This document shows, piece after piece, positions 49,562 to 63,132 of a stretch of DNA of 64,000 nt. How positions within the stretch are numbered: the first letter of the stretch is position 1; the number at the start of each line of letters is the position of its first letter. Location: the NCBI GenBank assembly GCA_951406725.2, contig OX597839.1:33170001-33234000 (forward strand), read 5' to 3'. This stretch comes from Octopus vulgaris (lineage: Eukaryota). Under the pieces are notes generated by a model. The model was not told the DNA's origin and made no database searches. It worked only from the letters and a program-made list of their open reading frames with translations. Position numbers and translations under genes: made by a program.

Positions 49562-50173
49562 TATATCTATCTATCTATATATATATATATACACACACAA
49601 ACACACATATATATTACATAGTTAGAAATAAGAGAAGGAAGATCCAACTCATAATCTATGTAAAGCCATTCAGATTGATGAAGTGGATGCAGGTTTGTGT
49701 TCAGTTTGAATGAGAATGAAATATTGAGTAGATGCGAACACCATTCTGCAGAGAAGTGATGAATAAATATGTGAAGTGTTTCTTGTTTTTATTTCTATAT
49801 AAGTTGCTCTTATGTATAACACACAACGCTGACTTTTTATTATGAAATCGTGGAAAAAATATTTCACATTTGTTTTTTTGTTTTTTTTGCAATATATTTA
49901 GAAAATGAAGTGTTTAGTCAGATTTGTTATAATTGCTGTATAAAATACATTGAGAAGGTATATGCATTATCAAAATAATGTGGAGACTGTAAAGAAACCT
50001 TTCAATCTTATCAGTGTATGCTGTAAAAGCCTATCTGTTATGAAGTGTACTGACTGTAAAGTCACTTAGTATGGAAGGATATAAAGGCCAACAAGTATGG
50101 AAGGATATAAAAGACATAATGCAGAATGTAAACAATTTCATTAGTCTCCCATTTAAATACTTTTATTATCAAA

Positions 50174-50564
50174 CTAGCAGTATCGCCTGGCGTTGCTCGG
50201 GTTTGTAAGGGAAATAACTATATAAGCATTTTTAGAGATGTAAAGTATAATAGCCATCTCAATATGGCTAACCACAAAGGGTTACTGTAGCTTTTTACGT
50301 TCTGAGATTTAATAATAAATTTTTAGAGAGTTACTTCCCTTATATATGCTAAAAATGCATCAAAAATGGGAAAAATTGATGGTAAATTGTTTTTAAAATC
50401 GTAGACTCATCGTAGACACACGCTAATACCCAGAAGGGCTCGATATGAATCACGACTATAAGATACCCGGTTTTGGTTAAACTGCACCGCAAAATGTGGG
50501 AGTAATTAGGAATCTAAATCGTAGGAGACAGACAGACACACAACCTCACTTTTATATATAAAGA
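50174..50564 (-). mobile_element. Non-autonomous Helitron, second copy of the 27933 family
   Basis: Near-identical reverse complement of 27933-28328. Confidence 0.8.
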
Positions 50565-51553
50565 TATGTTTGTTCTTTCAATAGTCACACACACACACAC
50601 ACACGGTGAATGTTCCTAAGCCTTAAGACTATATTTCAGGAACAGAAGTATTCGTATTTTCATAGCAACAGTATTATTATGTATTATTATTGTTGTTGTT
50701 TTATTAATTTAATCTTTACATTAAGTAATTAAAGCAATATTTTGAATAATGAAATTATTACATTCTGGCCTTCTGTACCAAAGGTTGACAACAGTCGTCT
50801 TTGATGAATATCTGACATATTAGTTATCAGAGGAGACTGTGACATTATTATCATGATACGTATAGTGTATTACAGACATACACATCAATTAGGTTAGACA
50901 TTATGTATAACCAACCTACTTTCTGTTAAGGTATCCAGGGTAAGATTTAGTTCTCAAGCATATGTGCGCCCCTAAAATCCTGGTCTAAAAATCGGGGGTG
51001 GTGGGTTGGGAAAGGGTATTTTACACTTAAATATGATAATTAGAATTTTTGGGGAGGAAAAATAGACTTGAAATTGTTGTTCGTTAGCCCCCAAGTTGGT
51101 CCCGGTTGAATATACCTGTGACCAGAGATGTTTCAGTCATAACCATCCCTTAATTTCAGATATAGTGTAGATCAATGGTTCTCAACCAGGGACTGTTTGA
51201 CCCCGTAGGGATCCACATATGATTTTGTTGTTAAAGTTTATGTGCAATAAATTGCTTAGACTTGCTGGTTTCATGTAAAAAGCATCCCCTACATTCTCAG
51301 AGTGGTTGGCATTAGGAGGGGCAACCAGAACATAAGGACAGATGAAATGCTGCTAAGCCTTTTGCCCAGCCTGCTAATGGCTCTGCCATCTCATCAGGAG
51401 TAGATGTGTGGTAAGTAGCTTGTTTACCAACCACATGGTTCTGGGTTCATTCCCACGGTGTGGCACCTTGGGCAAGTATCTTCTACTATAGCCTTGGGTC
51501 GACCAAAGCCTTGTGAGTGGATTTGGTAGACGGAAACTGAAAGAAACCCATTG

Positions 51554-51588
<35 letters not shown>

Positions 51589-51796
51589 TTGTTTGTCCCG
51601 CCTGCCCCCCAACCATCGCTTGACAATCAATGGTGGTGTATTTACGTCTCCGTAACTTAGCAGTTCAGCAAAAGAGACCGATAGAATAAGCCCTTGGTTT
51701 ACAAAGAATAAGTCCTGGGGTCGATTTGCTCGACTAAAGGCGGTGCTCCAGCATGGCCACAGTCAAATGACTGAAACAAGTAAAAGAATAAAAGAA

Positions 51797-51849
<53 letters not shown>

Positions 51850-51878
51850 AAAAAAGGAGATGTCGAACACGAGTGGTG

Positions 51879-52085
51879 ATATATAAAAAGGAAATGAAGA
51901 AAATGCTGACAAATAATTGAAGTAATTTAAGTAATTTAATTAGGTGAAAGTTCTTTACAGTTGCGCATTTGTTATGCTTATCAAAATATGTTGATAAGCA
52001 TAACAAATGCGCAACCGTAAAAAGAACTTTCACCTAATTAAATTACTTAAATTACTTCAATTATTTGTCAGCATTTTCTTCATTT

Positions 52086-52099
<14 letters not shown>
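51879..52099. repeat. Near-perfect palindrome, ~105-bp arms
   Basis: Centre tatcaa-aatatg-ttgata. Confidence 0.9.
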
Positions 52100-52127
<28 letters not shown>

Positions 52128-53990
52128 CATGTCACTAATGAAAATCATCATAGGGTTAATGTCTTTGAGAAGTTCAGTCTATGGATGTGTGTGTATACGT
52201 ATATAGGCACACATACATACATACACATCGTATATCCAAAATGACACTTGTACTGCCATCTATGCATAATTCTTCATATTTTTCCAAATGCTTTGAGGGA
52301 AGAAAATAATGATCATACACACACACATGTATATATATATATATATACACTCTCTCTCTCACACACATGCACATGTGTGCTATTATGTGTGCTAGATGTG
52401 TGTATGAGAACATGTATTTGTGTGTGTGTGTGTGTGTATTGTCTATCTGGGAACATTGAAAGAAGACCCCCTTCCCCATTAAAATCCCTCTCTCTCTGTC
52501 CCTCCCTCCTTCTCTCTGTCTCTCCCTCTCTCTCTGTCTCTCCCTCTCTCTCTGTCTCTCCCTCTCTCTATCTTCAATCATAAGTCATTATTCTTTGGCT
52601 CAATACTCATACAACTGGAACTACAATCACCATTGCTAGAATTTCAACCACTTCCTTAGAGTATAAAAGACAAATATAGATTATTTGACTTGAATTTGGG
52701 TCAGTGAACAAACTAAAGTTATCTATACATCAAACATAATAGATGTGGGTTCAATTCTCAATGGTTTCTCATTTTAAATTTACTTTTAGCATCCTTTTTT
52801 TTTTTGGAGTGGGGGAGGTCTGCAAACAGTTTTAGTTTAAATGCAAATATACGTCTCTCTCTCTCTCCTTATTTCTCTCCCTCTCTCCCTCTCTCTCTCT
52901 CTTTCTTTCTCTCCCTCTCTCTCTTTCTTTCTCTCCCTCTCCCTCTCGTGGCACAGGCGTGGCTGTTTGCTTAAGAATTTTGCTTCTAACTACATGGTTC
53001 TGGGTTCAGTCCCACTGCATGGTGTGTTGGGCAAGTGTCTTCTTCTATAGCCCCAGGCCGACTAAAGCCTCATGAGTGGATTCGGTAGAGGAGAAAACTG
53101 AGTAAAGGGGTTGGTATTAGGAAGGTCATTCGTTCTTAGAAACCAAACCAAAGCAAAGGAGCAGAGCCTGGTGCCGTCCTTTCACTTGCCAGCTCCTCTC
53201 AAACCATCCAACCCATACCAGCATGGAAAACAGACGTTAAATGAGGATAAGGATGATGGTGATGTGCGTGGGGATCATTGTCTCCTTGTCTTGACATCAT
53301 GTGATTGTCGTAAACAAGTTTCACTGTCATACAAGTGGTGTCCTTCATTTCCAGTTTTCTGCAAAACCTTATCAGGCCGTGAAGAAATATCACCTTGCTT
53401 GGAAACAAGCGAGGGTTGGCAACGGGGAGGGCATCTGGCCAAAGAGTATCTGCCTCAACAAGTTCCATCGGACCCATTCAATCACAGAAAACTGGACGTT
53501 AAAGTCATATATATCATCATCATCAGTCCATTGTCTGTGCTGGCATGGGTTGGACAGTTTGACCAGAGTTGGCAAGCTGGAAAGCTGCCCCAGGTTCCAG
53601 CCTCATTTGTTCTGGTCTCTACAGCTGGATGCCCTTCCTAACACCAACCCCTTTACAGTGTGTGTTGGGTGCTTTTATATAACACCGTACAAGTGCTTTT
53701 ATGTGGCGCTCTCACATGGCCCCACATGAGTGCTTTTACATGGCATTGCCACGGGTGCTTCACACCAACAGAAAGACCAGTCTTAACACTTCTTCTGCAG
53801 ACTCCGCATCTTCTTGAGTACAGCCAGGCTCCAGGTGTCTCAGTCCTTGCCTGAAAGATTCACCATCCTGAGGTCATCCCTCAGTATTTTGTCCTGTGTT
53901 TGCTTGGATCTTTCATTTCTGCATAGAATTGCATTTGTATCTGCGTGTGTGTATGTATGTATGTAAACTTGTGTGGGCTCATCTCTATGT

Positions 53991-54910
53991 ACAGGGTGTG
54001 TAAGATATTTGAAGACAGATTTATGTTTATAAAAACAGATATATAATAGCAGATAATAACTTTATTTATAAAACAATGTTATGAGGATAAAAATAAACCT
54101 TCTTTTCTAAAATGTTATTCAATAAAGCCACCTTCAGCTTCAACAACTGCTTCTATATGAGATCTAAACCATCTATATGCTCAAATCAAGTGGTCCTGGT
54201 TTCATTTTGGACATTACTCTGACTATGGCAGCTTTCAAAGATTCTTTGGCTCTATGGGTATGTTCATTGACCTCTCTCTAAACAACGCTCCACATGTAAT
54301 AGTCCAATGGATTGAGATCTGGGGAATTAGGAGGCCAAATGTTAGGGGTTATGTGATCATGAAACTTTTCAGCCATACATTCCTGTGTTACTAGAGCCAT
54401 GTGTGATAGTGCAGAGTCTAACTGAAACACATATGGCCTTCCATTGCATAAAACTGTCTATCCAGGGCTTAACAATTGTTTCCAGGACCTCAATGTAGGT
54501 GGCAGAGTTAACTCTAAGACCTTGGGGAAAGAAGTAAGGAGGCATTACATGTCCTTCATTACTGACAAGCCCTAATACCATGACAGTTGCAAGAAATTTT
54601 GTATGCATAACACTTGGAACTTCAGAAGGGTCTGCACATAACCATCTGTCATTTGTTCTGTTAACTTTTTGATTTTGGTCAAAGTTTTTCTCGTTTGACA
54701 AAAAACCAAATCAAATCTTCTTCTGCTGGATTTTTCAGTTTGTTTAAGAGTCTTTTAGATCTGATGTAGTCATTTTCTTTTGCTTTTCCTGACCAATTGA
54801 CCTTTCCTCATCACATAAGAATTATATCTGATGTCTTCGTGGACAACATTTCTGACTCTTCCTTCTGACACGTGGAGATCTTTTGCAATTGACCTCATGG
54901 ACTTTCTGAG
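53991..54910 (-). mobile_element. Tc1/mariner transposase relic (maT/DD37D-like)
   Basis: Minus strand EKNFDQNQKVNRTNDRW...VMVLGLVS...WPPNSPDLNPLDY; frameshifted. Confidence 0.8.
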
Positions 54911-55273
54911 TTTGTAATCAACGTTCTCCCTGATCAGAAAACTATTCCATCACCGGGTGACTCATTTACAGGTGAATGGACTGGCCCAATGAAAAATGAA
55001 GTGTTTTGTTTAAGAACACAACCTGCAGCCATTCTGGGAATTGAAACCACAATGTCATGATTGTGAGTGCAGCACACCTAACCACTAGGCTATGCACCGT
55101 CACATATTGAATATGTATGCATGCTATAAACTTTGTCCTTTTCATGGGAAACCTTGATCTTGGTGACAAAATTCCATGCCAAACTTTCTTCTGGTAAACT
55201 TATATGAAACACTAGTCTCATCTCCTTCGTAGAGTTGATGAGATTTTGACTGATCCACTTAGCAGAACAGATA

Positions 55274-55440
55274 TACCATATTTTAATGTATATATAAGGA
55301 ACCCCCTAATTTTTGGGGCTTAAAATTTGGAAAAAAGGTTTTGTAAGGGATTACAATACTATCCATATTTAAGAAACTCCCATATTTTTTAAACCTAATT
55401 TTTGACAAAAAGGGTTCCTTATACCTGTTAAAATATGGTA
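55274..55440. mobile_element. Small MITE
   Basis: TIRs taccatattttaa...tataaggaaccc / gggttccttata...ttaaaatatggta. Confidence 0.6.
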
Positions 55441-55951
55441 ATAGTTACATACTAACCCTAAGGGCACTTGTGGTTTACCAAAAAACTTTAGTTTATATCT
55501 TAGTCAATGTAAGTCCTGCAGTTTGGATAGCTAACTTTTAGGGTTCATATATTACTTTAAAATTTTAGTTTTATTAACAGCCCTTTTATTTCTGTCCCTT
55601 TAAGATAAAAACAAACAAAAACACGATGAAAACTTAGCAAAACAGTACAAAAACCAATGTGAAAATTTTGAATTCTATTTTAACAATATTTGCCTGGTGT
55701 GTTTTTTTCTAAAACTCTGTTGACAGTTCCATCAAAGTTGTGTCTTGAGTTTTTTTCCTCTCTGGAAATGGCGTTTCTTTACAATTCTTCGCATGCAAAT
55801 TTCATTAATAGCATGATGTTGAAAAAAAAAAAAAAAAAAAGAATAAAGAAAGAAAGAAAATAAATGAAGCTGAACTATTTTTTTTTTTGCTCATATTTAT
55901 TTGTCTCTTTGGTTGACTGAGCTCCATCACTAGTTCAGTTTACTATTACCC

Positions 55952-56004
<53 letters not shown>

Positions 56005-56409
56005 TCTATTACTACAATTTTTATCATCATCATCAGCATTATTATTATTACTGCTACAACTATTATCATTAGTATTATTAGCATCATTTTATTTCTACTA
56101 TTACTGCTATAATAATAATAATAATAATTATTATTATTATTGTTTTTATTATTCTCCTGTTATCATCAACATTATTATTATTACTACTACTACTACTACT
56201 ACTAGTACTATAATTATTATTATTATTATCATCGTCATTGGTATTCATTTCAACTTGTTTGTATTCTTCACATGCTGTGCGGTCAACCAGAAACGCAGAG
56301 CAAGGAAGCTGTGGTTAGAATTGCATGGAAAACATGCAACAGTCTAGTAGGAACAATTAAAAAAAAAAGGAAACAAAACAAACAAAAAATAAACAAAAAC
56401 CAATCACCC

Positions 56410-56441
<32 letters not shown>

Positions 56442-57402
56442 AAAAAACAACAACAACAAAACAAACTCATAAACTTTAATAGACTGGTGCAGGCAGATAG
56501 CACCAGAGATTCTCTAAGCAGGTTTTCTCGAACCAGACGAATGTGAATTGTCTTCCTGCTAATTACGACGACAGCCACCCAAGTGCAAGATTGCACATCT
56601 CTGCATTATTGTATGCACTTTATTAAATGTTACATCTCTTCGTTATAAAATTATTGCTTCGTGTCTCTTTGTGCGTCGCCCAACGTATAATCAGGCGTTC
56701 TATTCCTGGCACCACTTGCCCAGCCGTCTCCAAATGCCAACCCGGCAAGTGGTTGGCGCGAACAATGCTGTTGCAAAGGGTTGTGGGTAGTGCTGGTGTA
56801 AGGACGGTGCTTTTGTATGTCCAGTGGCCTGAAGTACTTTTGTATGTCCAGTGGATCTGGACAGTGGCCAGGCTGGATCTTTTTTTTCTTTTTTTTTTGT
56901 TTTGTCTTGTTTCATTAAACCTCTCCATCCCCTTCGCCATCTCCTCGTTAGCATCAGCAACACACTGATTGCTAGATTGGGTTGGTGTTGTTGTTGTCGT
57001 TGTTGTCGTCGTCGTCTTGCTCTGCTGTGGAGTCTCCATATTTATATTTACGACAAGTAGTCTTTATTTTATACACACAACTATTTTGGGAGATGATGAA
57101 TAAGCCTATACACAAACATTGTTTGCCAAGAGGATGTTTTGTGTGTGTACATATGTGTATACACACACGAGTGCGTCTATGTATATATATATGTGTGTGT
57201 ATGTATGTATGTGTATATATATATATATATAGTGTACAGATGAGGTGCAAATTGATGTGTGGTAAGAAGCTTACTTCCCAACCACATGGTTCCGGGTTCA
57301 GTCCCACTGCATGGCACCTTGGGCAAGCGTTTTCTACTATAACTTCAGGCTGACCAAAGCCTTGTGAGTGGATTTGGTAGACGGAAACTGAAAGTAGCCC
57401 AT

Positions 57403-57468
<66 letters not shown>

Positions 57469-57516
57469 AAGCATGATTTATTTGTGATCAGAGGTGTTCC
57501 TAAACTGAGGTTATAC

Positions 57517-57557
<41 letters not shown>

Positions 57558-57588
57558 TAGAAGGTTTGGAGATGATGTACAGGTATTT

Positions 57589-57864
57589 TATATTAGAAGA
57601 AATGAGGTACTCAGAAATTCGGATGGTTTTATATTTACAGATATTTATTTGTATATGACATGTTTTTATACATCATATAACTTATATCGTATATTAGAGC
57701 TTTCGTCCATTCTGGTGGATTTTTCAAATTCGAATTTGAAAAATCCACCAGAATGGATGAAAGCTCTAATATACGATATAAGTTATATGATGTATAAAAA
57801 CATGTAATATACAAATAAATATAAAACCATCCGAATTTCTGAGTACCTCATTTCTTCTAATATA
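57589..57864. repeat. Near-perfect palindrome with no spacer
   Basis: Centre ttcaaattc|gaatttgaa at 57731/57732; ~135-bp arms. Confidence 0.9.
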
Positions 57865-59262
57865 CATATATATATATATCGTCTGGCACCTGTGTCCGTG
57901 GCACATAAAAAAAAAAACACCATCCGAGCGTGGCCGTTCGCCAGCCTCGTCTGACACCTGTGTCGGTGGCACATAAAAAGCACCCACTACCATCACGGAG
58001 TGGTTGGCGTTAGGAAGGGCATCCAGCTGTAGAAACACTGCCAGATCTGACTGGCCTGGTGCAACCTTCGGGCTTCCAATACCCCAGTTGAACCGTCCAA
58101 CCCATGCTAGCATGGAAAGCGGACGTTAAACGATGATGATGATATATATATATATCATCATCATCATCATCATCATCATTTAGCGTCCGCTTTCCATGCT
58201 AGCATGGGTTGGATGGTTCAACTGGGGTCTGTGAAGCTGGAAGGCTTCGTCAGGCCCATATGTATGTGTGTGTGTAGTAAATAGATGTACAACTGCTACT
58301 GTATTAAGTTTAGAGCTGCACATGGATTATCTTAATCCAGTCTGTTTTCAATGCTGTATTTAGTAGAATCCCTTGCCATGATATACGGAGGAGCAAATGT
58401 ACAAGAAATCAAGATAAACCCAGATCAGCGTTATTAGTTTCTCCATAGGATTAACCTTTGCCCTTGTTTGGAACATTTGCAGTTTTGGAAACTAGTTTTT
58501 TTCCATAATCTCTCAGATCTTTTCCCGTAGATGGAACTTCGTCTTCAGACCATAATTCTTTCTTTGCAAAATAGTGTCAGCTGGTTGAAAGTCCTCAGTA
58601 AATGGCGTTATGCTTTGGTTTTGGTTGGTTGTAGTTTTTAAAACTATTGTCTTTTTTTTTTTGTTTTTATCATCTCCGAATGGAATAGTTTATCTAGGCA
58701 CACACATACACACATGCACGCGCACACACACACACATATATGGCTGTGTGTTTAAGAAATTAACTTCCCAACCAAGTAATTTTGGGGTCTGTCCCACTGT
58801 GTGATACCTTTAATATCTCTGCCTTAAAACACACCTGTCCAAGGTGTGACACCTTGGGCAGGTGTGTTTTCTACTGTAACCTAAAACCAACCAAAGCCTT
58901 GTAACTAGATTTGGTAAGAAAAAAAAAACTAAAATAAACTTCTAATGTGTGTTTGTGCTCCGTGGAAGGTGTGACCTTCAAGGTGTGTTGCTTCTGTTCT
59001 CATCCATAAATTACCTGACCTGCAAATTATGTGACCTGCAAGGTGTGTTGCTGCTGCTATTAGTTCTCTCATCAGTAAATTATCTGCTTAGTTGGTGCCT
59101 TCAGTGATGGGGGGAAATAAGGGATTCCTTACTTGTAAAGCAAAGGTTAGTGGCAGGAAGAGTATCCAGCTGTAAAACACTCTCTTGAAAAGTAATCATT
59201 TCCTAACGAGGGAAAATGGACAGAAAACGAATAAACAAGATTTCTCTCGCTTTCTATCCCTC

Positions 59263-59339
<77 letters not shown>

Positions 59340-60509
59340 TATATATATATACATATGTACATACACACGCTCCACGCAATGAACCTGGCGAACAAATTAA
59401 TCATTGAAGAGTAATCCAGGTGTGTTAGATCAAGTAACAGGTACAAACTATAATTCTTAAACGATAAGTTGGATACATTAATCACAGCGAACAACAGTAA
59501 TCAGTTAAGGAATGAAGAATTATATTGTTACACGACATTATTCACTCACATTTGTTTAATAAAAGGAAAAAAAAAAAGTAATGCAAATTTTTGAAAGACT
59601 TCAAACAAAGGCAGAAGATTTCAACAGAAATATGGTAATAAAAGGGTTTAAGAAACAGACTTTGGTTTCTTCCAAATTGGTTTTTTTCTTCCAGAAAAAT
59701 TCTAATTTATTTCCTATCTGTTGGTTATCGTAGAATTATGTATGAGATAAACAGAGGTAAAATTAATGGATGCAAGAGGTCGTATTGCTGTGATTATTGA
59801 TGGAGTTCTTCAGGCATTCATTATCTGCTTCCAAATATGCCACACACACAAAGGGTGCCATTTTATAAAACTACAACCATGATATTGCGAATTTCAGTAA
59901 ATTGGAAATTGGTGAAAATGTCTCCCCCCAAGGTCGTAAAACTGAAGACAGCTTTTAACCAGAATGGTTTCCCAGGCCTCAATAAATATTGATGAAAATT
60001 TATGAGAGGTTATCAAATTTAATAGGAATCGAATAATGGTTTGATAAGTGAGGTGTCTTTATTTATGGCTCACAAGATAACAATACGCACTACAGCATCT
60101 TTTGTTCATACAAACGTTTATTAGTTTCTTTTATCACTTTAGCCCATTAGCTCTTACACTGGTTGTATCAGGCCCAAATATTTTTATGTTATGTGTTTAC
60201 ACCAGCCATATCCAGCCCCTCATACCTTCTCTGCAATGTCATTCTAAAAGATAAACTGTCACAACATCGAAATCTCAAAGCTACAAGGATAAAGCAGGAT
60301 TAATTCAAAACAATATGAATAAATCGAACTCTCTCATGCACCAGATGGCAATTGCTAAAATGCATTCGTGAAGTAAAATCATGTAGCAACACCAAATGGC
60401 GGTGCCCCAGCATGGTCGCAGCTTGTGAGCTGAAACTAAATAAATAAAAAAAAAAAAAAAAAGCTTTACATTTGACTGAATAATCTCAATGCTAAAGGGT
60501 TAAGATGCT

Positions 60510-61230
60510 TAATAAGGATTAGGGTTTCAACTTTGGTTTATTTTGCCATTTGACAACATGTCACATCACTCAATCTTGTTAATGCCATGTAGGAAAGACA
60601 TGGATATCAGAAGTTCTAATGTCTCTGCCTTGGAAATTTTAAGCTTCATGGTTATGTCAGAAACATGTGTTTAACCCAATCATATCCAGGGTCCAAATAT
60701 TCTATCTGTTTTATGGTCAAACAGGACAGATCTGGACTTTCACACCTACCCTACAATGTCATTCTAAAAATTAACAGTTACCGCACAAATCTTAAAGCTG
60801 TGAGACAATGCAGGATTAATCCAGAAGAACATGGATAAATAATCTTTACATTTGACCGAGGATAATCTGAATGCTAAAAGGTGAAGTGGTTTAATAAGGA
60901 TTAGGGTTTCAACTTTGGTTTATTTTGCCATTTGACAACATGTCACGTCACTAAATCTTGCTAATGCCATGTAGGAAAGACATGGATATCAGAAGTTCTA
61001 ATGTCTGTGCCTTAGAAATTTTAAGCTTCATGGTTATGTCAGAAACACGTGTTTAACCCAGTCATATCCAGGGTCCTAATGTTCTACCTGTTTTATGCTC
61101 AGACCAGCCAGATTCGGCCTCTCACACCTACCCTACAATGTCATTCTAAATATAAACAATCGCATCATCAAAATCTCAATGCTGTGAGACAATGCAGGAT
61201 TAATTAAAAGCAATGAGAATAAATATATTT
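60510..61230. repeat. ~380-bp tandem duplication containing a TTAA-type MITE
   Basis: taataaggattagggtttcaactttgg at 60510 and 60892; related inverted copy ~26700-26960. Confidence 0.7.
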
Positions 61231-62672
61231 GGCAGAATAAGATGAATGCAACCTGAGAGAAAAATTCTTAAATCAAGCTGTGAATACGCATAAAAATCTT
61301 TCTCATTTACCTTCAACTCATTCAGTCATTGGAATATGGCCATGCTGGAGTACAACCTTCGAGGGTTTTCAGTTGAACAAATTTTCTTTTTTTTTTAAAG
61401 CCTGGTATTGATTCTTTTTTGTTCTTTTGTTGAACTGCTAAGTTACGAGGATGTAGACAAACCAACACCAGTGGTCAAGTGGTGGAGAGTTACAATCACG
61501 CATGCACTCACACACACACACGCATATGCACACATACACACACACACACACGGCAACAAGTGGTAAAGGGGATTAACGAACCCTGGTAGATATGTTGAAA
61601 GCATTCAGTGATAAATGAGAACTTGGTCAACTCCATCAAATAATCTACCTGTCATACTTGTCGGACACCCTGGATGTGAATTTAGTCACAGAATTTGCAT
61701 CCAGGGTGTCCGACAAGTATGACAGGTAGATCCAAATATTGCTTAGATGGTCACTGGTCAGTTTCTTTCTCCCAAATCCACCCGCAAGGCTTTGGTCAGC
61801 CCAGGGCTTTAGTAGAAGACACTCAGCTAAGCCACCACGCTGTGGGACTGAACCCAGAACCATGTGATCAGGAAGCGAATTCCCTAACCACACAGCCATG
61901 CTTGCACCTTTTTCCTTTTACATTTAATTTTTTTTTCTCTAAATTCACCTGTAATAATCTCGACTTGATTGCCAAGTTGATCTGGACATGTTTGCTTGGA
62001 ATAAACCATTTCCATTCCAGTGCAAGAACCATAAATCCAACCATTAAATATAGCACCGACTCGACTGGCTTCTGTGCCAGTGGTACATAAAAAGCATCAT
62101 CCGAACGTGGCCGATGCCAGCGCCGCCCCGACTAGCTTCTGTGCCGGTGGCACATAAAAAGCACCATCCGAACGTTGCCAGCACCACCCTGTCTGGCTTC
62201 CGTGCTGCTGGCATGTTAAAAGCTCCAACCAATTGTGACCGATGCCGGACCCCGCCCCTGGCACCTGTGCAGGTGGCACATAAAAAGCACCCACTACACT
62301 CGCGGAGTGGTTGGCGTTAGGAAGGGCATCCAGCCGTTGAAACTCTGCCAGATCAGACTGGAGCCTGGAGCAGCCCCTGGCTTCCCAGACCCCGGTCGAA
62401 CCGTCCAACCCGTGCTAGCGCGGAAAACAGATGTTAAACGATGATGATGATGAGACTTAAAATGATGGTTGTCAGATTTTTATTTTGCAAGGTTGGGTAA
62501 AAAATGGACATAAAGCGATGAAGATTCGTAAATGCTAAAATATTTCATATTGTAATCCTTGATCTAATCACAGGTGATTTTATTTCACTGATAATGTAAC
62601 AAAAATTATCTTTTAAAAAAATGAAAAATATCTAAAATCAAAAAAATTTAGCTTGTAATACATTTAATTATA

Positions 62673-62703
<31 letters not shown>

Positions 62704-63132
62704 TAATTATTATTTTAATTATTTTGTTTTATAAAAATATATTCACTCACGGGTCTGTTGTACACTTGCTTTCATTTTTATGCAGCAACATTGTTTTTTC
62801 TAACAGTTTAAAATTTTTTTACGAAAATTGAAAAAATACATTTGAATAACAACAGACAATGACATGTACACACACACACCTACAAACATATACACATATA
62901 CATTACACATCATATACACACACATACATGTATACACAATACACACCTACGAACATATACACATATGCATAACATATATACACATACATGTATACACAAT
63001 ACACACACAGACACACGAACATATACACATATACATAACATTTCATACACACACACATATGTACCTACACAAACACACACATATATACTAACACAAATGT
63101 ATGCACACACACACACACACACACATGCTGTG

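Noticed and set aside
56291-56313. 23-nt AG...GT segment reading KRRARKL (pseudosubstrate-like)
   Set aside because: Wrong phase for aPKC; joining it after the upstream T creates TAA
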